The translations under genes were made by a program, and so were the position numbers. The notes beneath the pieces are model-generated. The model saw only the letters and a list, made by a program, of their open reading frames with translations, was not told the origin of the DNA and did no database searches. Shown in pieces: positions 16,558 to 24,111 of a stretch of DNA of 53,972 bases; positions within the stretch are counted from its first letter, which is position 1, and each line of letters opens with the position of its first letter. Source of the DNA: Vicinamibacterales bacterium. Its GTDB lineage: Bacteria; Acidobacteriota; Vicinamibacteria; Vicinamibacterales; CAVVIG01. The stretch lies in assembly GCA_036497895.1 (NCBI GenBank), contig DASXIR010000088.1:1-53972 (forward strand), read 5' to 3'.

Positions 16558-17697
16558 ATGACGATGAGAGCCCTGGTGGTTCCGACGGCGTTGCTCGCGG
16601 TGGCGACGGGCATGTCCACCCTTCTGGCGCAGAATCGCGCGGTGGTCTCGGGTCCGGTTGGACCCAGTCCGTATGACGTCATCCGCGGATGGCACAAGCC
16701 GTTCGCCCCTCCAGGATTTGCGTTCGGCGGCAACTCGGGTGTGTTTGCCGAGTCGCCCAACCGTATTTTCGTGGCGCAGCGCGGCGAAACCAGGCTTCCG
16801 GACCCGATCCCTCCGGCGTTTGCCGGCTTTGCCGGATCGATCGGGATCAACGTGCTCAATGCCACCGAACGGCGGGTCTGGCACGACTGCCTCTACACAC
16901 TCGACGGTGACGGCAACGTCAAGGAACGATGGACCCAGTGGGATTCCCTGTGCGAGGGCTCGAGTGGGCCTGGCCCCCATCGTCTGCGCATCAGTCCCTA
17001 CGATCCGGAACATCGGGTCTGGGTCGTCAACGAGACGTTCCATCAGATCTACGTCTTTTCCAACGACGGCAAGAAACTGCTGAAGACGCTCGGCGAGAAG
17101 AACGTCCCTGGCAAGGACGGCACCCATTTCGCCCGTCCGCAGGACGTCGCGTTTCTGCCGGACGGCCGCATCCTGATCGCGGACGGTCTCGACAACCATC
17201 GCGTGATGATCATGGATCGCGACGCGAACTACCTGGCTGAGTTCGGCGGTTTCGGCAAGGGGCCGGGACAGTTCAACGGCGTCCACGCGATCGCAGTGGG
17301 GCCGGGCGGGCTGATTTACGCGCTGGATCGGTCGGGTGGGCGCATCAACGTGTTCAAGACCACGCCGGATCCCAGGAAGGTGGACTTTGTTGAAGAGTGG
17401 GGCGGTTTTCAGCTGCCGCTCGACATCATCGTCAACCAGGACAGCGTGTGGGTGACCGATCTCGGCCCGCTGCGTTTCGTGAAACTCGATTTCAAGGGGA
17501 ACCATCTCTACACCTGGCTGGTTCCGAGCGACCTGCCGGACGGGTACCTCGAGGTCCACACCTTCACCGTGGATTCGAACGGCAACCTGTACGGAGGCGA
17601 CAACCAGTACGGCCGGACGCAGAAGTTCGTGCCGAAGCTTGGCGCGGACCCGGCGCTGCTCGTGCGGCCGCCCTGGACCACAGGGGCCGCCCGGTAG
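16558..17697 (+). CDS. NHL-repeat / six-bladed beta-propeller protein with signal peptide
   Basis: 379 aa. The signal-like N-terminus is MTMRALVVPTALLAVATGMSTLLAQ. Blade motifs repeat (RVWVVNETFHQIYVF, ILIADGLDNHRVMIMD, LIYALDRSGGRINVF, VWVTDLG). A TAGAAT lies 6 nt before the ATG. Confidence 0.7.
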   Translation: MTMRALVVPTALLAVATGMSTLLAQNRAVVSGPVGPSPYDVIRGWHKPFAPPGFAFGGNSGVFAESPNRIFVAQRGETRLPDPIPPAFAGFAGSIGINVLNATERRVWHDCLYTLDGDGNVKERWTQWDSLCEGSSGPGPHRLRISPYDPEHRVWVVNETFHQIYVFSNDGKKLLKTLGEKNVPGKDGTHFARPQDVAFLPDGRILIADGLDNHRVMIMDRDANYLAEFGGFGKGPGQFNGVHAIAVGPGGLIYALDRSGGRINVFKTTPDPRKVDFVEEWGGFQLPLDIIVNQDSVWVTDLGPLRFVKLDFKGNHLYTWLVPSDLPDGYLEVHTFTVDSNGNLYGGDNQYGRTQKFVPKLGADPALLVRPPWTTGAAR

Positions 17698-17781
17698 ATC
17701 GCGTCAGACTCGCCCCGCGTCATCCTTGCTGATTCGCGCCGGTCGTTGGCTATAATCCCACCGACGCACAAGGAGACTCAC

Positions 17782-18963
17782 ATGTCACAGGATTCTCGGT
17801 CTCTGGCCTGGACGCGGCGGGAAATGCTCAGCATGTTGGGCCTCGGCGCCTGCGCGACCGCGCTGCCGAAGCTGGCCGGGGCCGCGACGCCGACGTTTCC
17901 CAAGGGCGCAGTCATCCGGACGATTCTCAAGGATTACGCGCCTGAAGAACTGGCGGGCGGCGCGACCCTGTTTCACGAACACCTGACGTTCGCGCCGGAT
18001 TTCATGACCCGCTGGGTCGGTTACGCCGCCGAGACGAGGGCGGCGAACGGGCCGCCGCCAGGCGCGGCCGGCGGCGGCAGAGCCGGTGCTGCCGGCGCCG
18101 CGGGCGGGGCGGGCGCAGCTGGTCGCGGCGCAACGCCGCCTCCGGCGCCTCCCGGGCCATTCTTCATGCAGGACCTCGACCTGATGTCCGAGGAGATGAC
18201 CATCGCCAAGAGCGAGGGGATCGCCTGCGTGGTCGACGGCGGTCATCCCGACATGGGCCGCGACATCAACTTTCTTCGGCAACTCTCGACCAAGTCGGGG
18301 ATGCCGATCGTCGCCGGCGCCGGTTTCTACACGCAGCCGTTCTATCCGAAAGAGATCTCGACGATGAGCGAGGAGCAGATCGCTCAGGCGCTGATCAAGC
18401 AGGTCGAGACCGATCCAGTGGGTGTTTTCGGAGAAATCGGATCGTGGGACGATATCAGCGCAGACGAGCGCAAAGTGTTTCGCGCAATCGGCAAGGCGCA
18501 CCTGGCGACCAACCTGTCGATTTTCACGCACACCGGCATCCCTGGAAAGTCGGCGCTCGAGCAACTGGATCTGCTCGAAGACGCCGGCGTGAAGCCGAAC
18601 CGCATCGTCATCGGTCATCTCGGCAATCTGGTCGATGCGAACGTACAGGTGCAGAAGGCGATCTGCCGTCGCGGCGCGTTCATCGGCTTCGACCGTCAGG
18701 GCGGTCCCGGCGATGCGCAGCAGGTCCCGATGGTGATGGCGCTGATCGAGGCCGGATTCGCCGACCACCTGATGTTTTCCGCTGACATCTCGAACGCGGG
18801 GCAAATGAAGCGCAACGGCGGCCAGGGCTATGCGAAGACCTTGACCGTGTTCGTTCCGAAGCTGAAGGCAGCGGGCGCGAGCGACGAAGTGTTGCACGGC
18901 ATCATGGTCGACAATCCGCGAAGGTTTCTGGCGTTCGTGCCGAAGAAGCCGCGTAAGGCGTAG
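17782..18963 (+). CDS. phosphotriesterase (PTE/aryldialkylphosphatase) family hydrolase with twin-arginine signal
   Basis: The ATG at 17782 is preceded by AAGGAG (17770-17775). It has the Tat-like WTRREMLSMLGLGACATAL, the HxH metal motif (LFHEHL) and PTE blocks (IFTHTG, VIGHLG, MFSAD). A Gly/Ala/Pro-rich insertion follows the HxH strand. Confidence 0.8.
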   Translation: MSQDSRSLAWTRREMLSMLGLGACATALPKLAGAATPTFPKGAVIRTILKDYAPEELAGGATLFHEHLTFAPDFMTRWVGYAAETRAANGPPPGAAGGGRAGAAGAAGGAGAAGRGATPPPAPPGPFFMQDLDLMSEEMTIAKSEGIACVVDGGHPDMGRDINFLRQLSTKSGMPIVAGAGFYTQPFYPKEISTMSEEQIAQALIKQVETDPVGVFGEIGSWDDISADERKVFRAIGKAHLATNLSIFTHTGIPGKSALEQLDLLEDAGVKPNRIVIGHLGNLVDANVQVQKAICRRGAFIGFDRQGGPGDAQQVPMVMALIEAGFADHLMFSADISNAGQMKRNGGQGYAKTLTVFVPKLKAAGASDEVLHGIMVDNPRRFLAFVPKKPRKA

Positions 18964-18980
18964 GCTGCGAGACGGGTACG

Positions 18981-19373
18981 ATGAGGCTTGCGCTGCTGAT
19001 AGCGGCGGCTGTCGTAGCGGCGGAGCTTGCTCCGCCGGCGCAGGCTCACGTGCAAACGCCGAATCGCAATCCGGTAATGTACGCGCCGGCGTCGGTGGCG
19101 CGCGGGAAGAGCCTGTATCTCCAGAATTGCCAGTCGTGCCACGACGAGGACGGTCGCGCCCGCAGCGCCGCCGTGGCGATCGCCGCAGACCTCACCGATC
19201 CGTCGCGATGGAAGTTCGGCACCAGCGATGCGCAGTTGTTCAAGACCATCAAGAACGGCGCCGCCGAGGCGATGCCGCCGTTTGGCGTAGACCTCAAGGA
19301 CGAGCAGATCTGGGACGTCGTGAACTTCATCCGCAGCATCGGTCCTGCCGCCAACCGGCCGCCGCTGCAATGA
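18981..19373 (+). CDS. class I c-type cytochrome (monohaem) with signal peptide
   Basis: 130 aa. It has the CQSCH haem-binding motif, a distal AMPPF Met ligand region and a signal-like N-terminus. Confidence 0.8.
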   Translation: MRLALLIAAAVVAAELAPPAQAHVQTPNRNPVMYAPASVARGKSLYLQNCQSCHDEDGRARSAAVAIAADLTDPSRWKFGTSDAQLFKTIKNGAAEAMPPFGVDLKDEQIWDVVNFIRSIGPAANRPPLQ

Positions 19374-19391
19374 CCAGCCAGGGAGATTGAT

Positions 19392-21368
19392 GTGAGTGAA
19401 TCAACCAAGGCCGAGCGGTTGTCGCGGCGCAGGTTTCTGGCGAAGTCTGCAATTGGGGCAGGAGCGGCCGCTGCGCTCACGACCGGCGCTGCGTCGATTG
19501 CCGCCGGCGAGGCGGCGCCCGCCGACGCGAGCGACGCGGCTTCCAACATGCTGCCCATTCGCGTGGCAGATCAATTCACCAAGTCGATCAACGAAGCGCC
19601 AATCGCGTTCGAGTTCGGCGAGAAGGGGCTGACCGGCGCCGAAGTATTCGCCCGTGTCTGCAAGCGGGAAGGGCTGGCCGCTCTGTTCTGCTGTCCCGGC
19701 AACTACACGATGATCAACGCGATCTCCGCCACCGGCATTCCCGCCTACGGTGGTCGGGTCGAAGACATCATGTGCGCGGCCGCGGACGGGTTCTCGCGCG
19801 TCACCGGCGAGGTGGTTGCCACGTCCGGAACCGAAGGACCCGGCTTCGCGAACATGATCATGTCGATCGCCAGCGCGAATCGCGCCCACACGCCGCTGCT
19901 GGTCCTGGCGAGCAATATGGCGATGTCGAACGAAGACCGGGTCGGCGGCATCCAGCAGATGTATCAGCAGGCGACCACTGAGGGCATCCGCAAGTACGGC
20001 AAGCGCATCACGATTCCGAACCGCATCAACGAATACGCGCAAACCGCTTTTCGCGAGTTGAAGAGCGGCGTTCCCGGCGTCGTGCACCTCGACTTCCCGT
20101 CGGAAGTCCACGGCGCACGCTTCAAGGACCCGTCCGAGTTGAAGGACTACTGGGAGGTCGGGAAGTATCGCAGCGACTGCGTGGCGCACCCGTCCGCGAA
20201 GGACATCACCGCGGCGGTGGACCTGATTCAGAAGGCGGAGCGGCCGATGATCGTAGCCGGCCAGGGAGTCTTTCAGCACAAGGGTTGGGAAGCACTGAAG
20301 CGGACCGCCGAAAAGAACGACATCGCCGTGGTCGAGTCCGGACCGGTGCGCGGACATTTCGGCGACGACCATCGGCTGTCCGCGAACCTCGCCTCGGATG
20401 CGCTCGGCAGCGCCGACCTCGTGATCTTCGTCGGACAGTATCTGATGCCGAACGTCGGCGAGTACCGCTTCAACCCTGACGTGAAGGCGATCCGCGTCCA
20501 CCCGGTCGCTGAGGATCTCGGCCGCAACTGGCCGCTCGATCTCGGTCTCGTGTCCGACGAAAAAGCCGCGCTCGAAGCACTGGCGGACGCTTTGCCGAAG
20601 CGCCAGCGCGCGGCGTGGGTCGCCGAACTCGCGGCGGCGCGGAAGAAGTTCGAAGAGGTAAACGACGAGTACTACGCGCTCGGGCTCAAATACAGCCAGC
20701 AGACGGGTGTGGTGCATCCGGCGGTCATCGGCAAAGTGCTGGCCGATTTTCTCTACAAGGGCGATATCCCGAAAGAGCAAACGACGTTCGCCCAGGGTGG
20801 CTGGACTGGTGCGTCGTGGACGCGGCGATGGCTGCGCGCGTATCGACCGGGCCAGATGAACAACTGCCCATATCAGTACTACCCGATCGGTCCAGATGTG
20901 GGCCATCTGCTCGGCGCCGGCGCAGCGATGCAACTGGGCACCGGACCGCAGAAGGCATATCAGGGCGCGCCGGTGTTCGGTTTCACCGGCGATGCCGGCA
21001 TCGCCTACTCGGCGATGGAGTTCGACACGCTCACGAAATATAAGATCCCCGCGATCATGACCGTGTACAACAACAACGCGTGGGGCATGATCACGGCGGC
21101 GCAGGGACCACGATCGCATCACATGTATCTGTTCCAGGAAAACCTGCGCTACGACCGTGTCGCCGAGGCCCTGGGCGCACGTGGAGAGTACGTGACGACG
21201 CCCGAGCAGTACAAGGCCGCCCTTGGCCGTGCCTATCAGGCGGCGACGCGGGAAAAGGCCTCGACGCTGATCAACGTGCAATCAAGCCGCGAGTTCCTGT
21301 CGACCCAGGCGTTTCCTCCGGGTACACCGCGGAATCTCGAGCCCGGCATCACCGCCTACATGCACTGA
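19392..21368 (+). CDS. thiamine-diphosphate-dependent enzyme (acetolactate synthase/benzoylformate decarboxylase-like fold) with twin-arginine signal peptide
   Basis: 658 aa. It has the SRRRFLAKSAIGAGAAAAL Tat motif, an N-terminal Pyr domain (TEGPGFANM...TPLLVLASN) and the ThDP-binding motif GDAGIAYSAMEFDT...TVYNNNAWG. Confidence 0.85.
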   Translation: MSESTKAERLSRRRFLAKSAIGAGAAAALTTGAASIAAGEAAPADASDAASNMLPIRVADQFTKSINEAPIAFEFGEKGLTGAEVFARVCKREGLAALFCCPGNYTMINAISATGIPAYGGRVEDIMCAAADGFSRVTGEVVATSGTEGPGFANMIMSIASANRAHTPLLVLASNMAMSNEDRVGGIQQMYQQATTEGIRKYGKRITIPNRINEYAQTAFRELKSGVPGVVHLDFPSEVHGARFKDPSELKDYWEVGKYRSDCVAHPSAKDITAAVDLIQKAERPMIVAGQGVFQHKGWEALKRTAEKNDIAVVESGPVRGHFGDDHRLSANLASDALGSADLVIFVGQYLMPNVGEYRFNPDVKAIRVHPVAEDLGRNWPLDLGLVSDEKAALEALADALPKRQRAAWVAELAAARKKFEEVNDEYYALGLKYSQQTGVVHPAVIGKVLADFLYKGDIPKEQTTFAQGGWTGASWTRRWLRAYRPGQMNNCPYQYYPIGPDVGHLLGAGAAMQLGTGPQKAYQGAPVFGFTGDAGIAYSAMEFDTLTKYKIPAIMTVYNNNAWGMITAAQGPRSHHMYLFQENLRYDRVAEALGARGEYVTTPEQYKAALGRAYQAATREKASTLINVQSSREFLSTQAFPPGTPRNLEPGITAYMH

Positions 21369-21371
21369 CGC

Positions 21372-21857
21372 GTGGCAAAGCCGGACGAGACAGCGCTCGT
21401 GCTTGCGGCCTTTCAGCACTATGCCGCCCGCGGCAGCTTCCGCAGCCTGACGGCCGAGGGCGTCGGCGCCAGGACTGAACTGCGTTTCACCTGGCTGCGC
21501 GACGTCGCGTGCCGCGTTGTCTTCGACGCGACCAGCCGCACGCTGACGTTCGTCGAGCTGCTGCCGGCGATCGGCCGCGGATCGCCGATGGACCGGGCCC
21601 TTCGCGCCTTCGTGAAGCGTCACACCAGTCCCGACGTGCCGGTGCATCGTCGCGTCGATCCGAGGCGCGTCAAGGTGACGGTCGTCAATCGCGGCGGCGC
21701 CGCATCGATCGCCTTTGCGTTCAAGACCAGGGAGGTCGGCTACGCAGTTCAGAAGGCCGTCCACCTCGTCCACGACGTCCTTCAGGACTTCCTGAACGAC
21801 GGACGGTACCTGGAGTACTGCGTCGATCACTTCAATCTGAATCCGGAGATGGCGTGA
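21372..21857 (+). CDS. hypothetical protein (no signal peptide), translationally linked to the ThDP enzyme gene
   Basis: 161-aa ORF with protein-like composition. It starts 3 nt after the upstream stop, and its stop overlaps the next start as GTGA. I recognise no family. Confidence 0.5.
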   Translation: MAKPDETALVLAAFQHYAARGSFRSLTAEGVGARTELRFTWLRDVACRVVFDATSRTLTFVELLPAIGRGSPMDRALRAFVKRHTSPDVPVHRRVDPRRVKVTVVNRGGAASIAFAFKTREVGYAVQKAVHLVHDVLQDFLNDGRYLEYCVDHFNLNPEMA

Positions 21858-22324
21858 GCCGCTTTCGCTGGACCAGCGCGCACGGGAGCATCCTGGTGCT
21901 GACGGCGGTGCTGGTCGCGAATCTGGCACATGCCCAGCCGCCGTCCGCTGCACGTCGCTCGTTGAGTGATGGCCTCTATACGTCGATACAGGCGGATCGC
22001 GGGCAGGTTGCCTACACGGCGCATTGCGCCGAGTGCCACATGGCCGATCTCGGTGGCCACGAGTACGCGGGTCCGCTGGCAGGTGAGGGGTTCCAGTTGA
22101 AGTGGCAGGATGCGAGCCTCTCTGAGTTTCTTGGACGAATTCGGAGCATGCCGCTCGGACGGCCCGGCACACTCACGACCCAGGAGTACCTGGACATCCT
22201 CGCGTATGCGCTGCAGAAGAACGGTTACCCGGAGGGCTCCAGCGAGTTGACGCTGCCGCTGGTGACCCAATGGCCGCTGGTGCGAATTGAACGCGTGCGA
22301 CGAACAACTGGCGTCGCGCCTTAG
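21854..22324 (+). CDS. c-type cytochrome (monohaem) with signal peptide
   Basis: This is the GTG at 21854 within the frame of ORF 21509..22324. It has the signal-like VSRFRWTSAHGSILVLTAVLVANLAHA, a CAECH haem motif and a SMPLG distal-ligand region. Confidence 0.7.
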   Translation: MSRFRWTSAHGSILVLTAVLVANLAHAQPPSAARRSLSDGLYTSIQADRGQVAYTAHCAECHMADLGGHEYAGPLAGEGFQLKWQDASLSEFLGRIRSMPLGRPGTLTTQEYLDILAYALQKNGYPEGSSELTLPLVTQWPLVRIERVRRTTGVAP

Positions 22325-22335
22325 ACGAGGCTGAC

Positions 22336-23223
22336 ATGAGACTTCACGTGCGTGTGCTGGCGGCGACAATCGCGGCGGCGTGGATGTTGTCGGCGATCGG
22401 TCGGGCCGAGGCGCCTCAGAATGCCCCGGGCGCGAAGAAGCTGCTGTTTCTGACCCACGCGGCGCTCTACAAACATTCGAGCCTCGAGCCGGCGGAAACC
22501 GCGGTCACGGCCTGGGGCAAGACGGCTGGGTTCGACGTGACCACGCTCCAGGGCTACAAGCAGGAATCACGCAGCCTCGATCTGTCGTTTCTGACGCCCG
22601 AATACCTGAACTCGTTCGACGGCCTGATGCTGATGACCAACGGCAACCTGCCGCTGACGCCCGCGCAGCGGCAGGCGATCGTGGACTTCGTCAAGAGCGG
22701 CAAAGCGCTGATTGGCGTCCACTGCGCCACGCTCACGCTGTACGACTACCCCGAGTTTGGCGAAGTGCTTGGCGGCTACTACCTGCGGTCGCTGGTGCCG
22801 ACCGACATGATCGCCAAAGGCAAGATCGGCGTGTTGAAAGTGGAGGATACCAACCACCCGGCGACGCGCATGCTCGGCCCGAGCTGGCCGCTCAACGAGG
22901 AGTTCTACGAGTTTGGCCACGCTGTGTGGGACGCCGGCAAGCCAACCGAAAATGTGTCCGCGGTCGGCCGTCTGCACATCCAGATGCCGTTCACGCGCGA
23001 TCGCGTGCACGTCCTCCTCAGCCTCGATACCGACAAGACCGATCTGTCGGATCTTCCGAACGTTCCCAAGGGTGACTATCCGCAGTCCTGGACGCACACG
23101 TCCGGACGGGGCCGGACGTTCTACACGACGCTCGGACACCGCGACGACATCTGGGCGCACGACGCCGTCTTCAAGGCCCACGTCACCGGCGGCATCCGGT
23201 GGGCGCTGGGCCTGGAGAACTGA
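22336..23223 (+). CDS. ThuA-domain protein with signal peptide
   Basis: 295 aa. The signal peptide is followed by ThuA blocks (LLFLTHAALYKHSS, GVHCAT, WTHTSGRGRTFYTTLGHRDDIW). Confidence 0.8.
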   Translation: MRLHVRVLAATIAAAWMLSAIGRAEAPQNAPGAKKLLFLTHAALYKHSSLEPAETAVTAWGKTAGFDVTTLQGYKQESRSLDLSFLTPEYLNSFDGLMLMTNGNLPLTPAQRQAIVDFVKSGKALIGVHCATLTLYDYPEFGEVLGGYYLRSLVPTDMIAKGKIGVLKVEDTNHPATRMLGPSWPLNEEFYEFGHAVWDAGKPTENVSAVGRLHIQMPFTRDRVHVLLSLDTDKTDLSDLPNVPKGDYPQSWTHTSGRGRTFYTTLGHRDDIWAHDAVFKAHVTGGIRWALGLEN

Positions 23224-23334
23224 ATGTCGTCCCGCGTTTCAGAAGCATCTGAACATGCCGGTCGGAGGACGGGGTGGCGCTGCCGCACCGGCGCGGACCG
23301 AAGCCAACTGCCGCGTCGAACGAGGTCCGGACAA

Positions 23335-23547
23335 ATGAACCAGAGCGAGACGCCACTTGCCGACACCCGCGGTCACCTGACGGATCACTATGGCCCGCGT
23401 GTCGCGGAGCTGGATCCCTGGATCGCGAAGCTGCGCGCGGAAGGCGTGCGCTTTCTGGGCGATCCGTATAAGGTCGGCAGCTACCGGGCGGTGATGATCG
23501 AAGGCCCGAGCCGCGAGGCGATCGAGCTGATCGAGATCGCGCCGTAG
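23335..23547 (+). CDS. single-module VOC/glyoxalase-like fragment (possibly a gene remnant)
   Basis: 70 aa. DHYGPRVAELDPWIAKLRAEGVRFLGDPYKVGSYRAVMIEGPSREAIELIE resembles one beta-alpha-beta-beta-beta VOC module. A full domain needs two. Confidence 0.4.
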   Translation: MNQSETPLADTRGHLTDHYGPRVAELDPWIAKLRAEGVRFLGDPYKVGSYRAVMIEGPSREAIELIEIAP

Positions 23548-23640
23548 CTTACGCCCAGTCTCCCCAGGTTCCCCGCAAGTGGTTCGGGGCTGTATCAATT
23601 TGAACAGCGGTCGCCCGGCGCTGAGAGCTAGGCTCCGGGG

Positions 23641-23901
23641 ATGACCAATCAGATGACCAACCAGGCTGATCGACCGAAGCTGGTAGTGGGCCGTACGCGG
23701 GCCGACGGCTTGATGGCCCACGCCCACATGACGTCGCCGTTGCAGACCAAGATCGTTTCGGCCAGACGGCTATTCGACGAGGCCGAGCACCTGATGAATA
23801 AGCCCGGTGCCGCGACCTCGGTGTATTGCCGCGCGATCGACGAGAAGATCACGTGGGCCAACTCCATTCTGACGATCGTCGATGAGGCATTGGACGACTA
23901 G
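23641..23901 (+). CDS. hypothetical protein
   Basis: 86-aa ORF in a lower-GC patch next to tRNA-Gly. It begins with a duplicated 12-nt unit (ATGACCAATCAG ATGACCAACCAG). I recognise no family. Confidence 0.25.
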   Translation: MTNQMTNQADRPKLVVGRTRADGLMAHAHMTSPLQTKIVSARRLFDEAEHLMNKPGAATSVYCRAIDEKITWANSILTIVDEALDD

Positions 23902-23949
23902 GAGAGCCGCGTTCGATGACGCGTCGAGAGAGAAGATTGATCGAAAAGG

Positions 23950-24023
23950 TGGAGCGGGCTACGGGGATCGAACCCGTGTCCGAGGCTTGGGAAGCCTCTG
24001 TACTACCATTGTACTAAGCCCGC
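23950..24023 (-). tRNA. tRNA-Gly (anticodon CCC), CCA encoded
   Basis: The reverse complement is GCGGGCTTAGTACAATGGTAGTACAGAGGCTTCCCAAGCCTCGGACACGGGTTCGATCCCCGTAGCCCGCTCCA. It folds as a cloverleaf with anticodon loop TTCCCAA. Confidence 0.9.
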
Positions 24024-24111
24024 GAATCGAAGCATTGCCGCCCTCGACGAAACCGGCGGCGGTCCGACCTGGCGATCTTAACTCACCGCCTCACTGGATC
24101 TCCAGCAGGGG

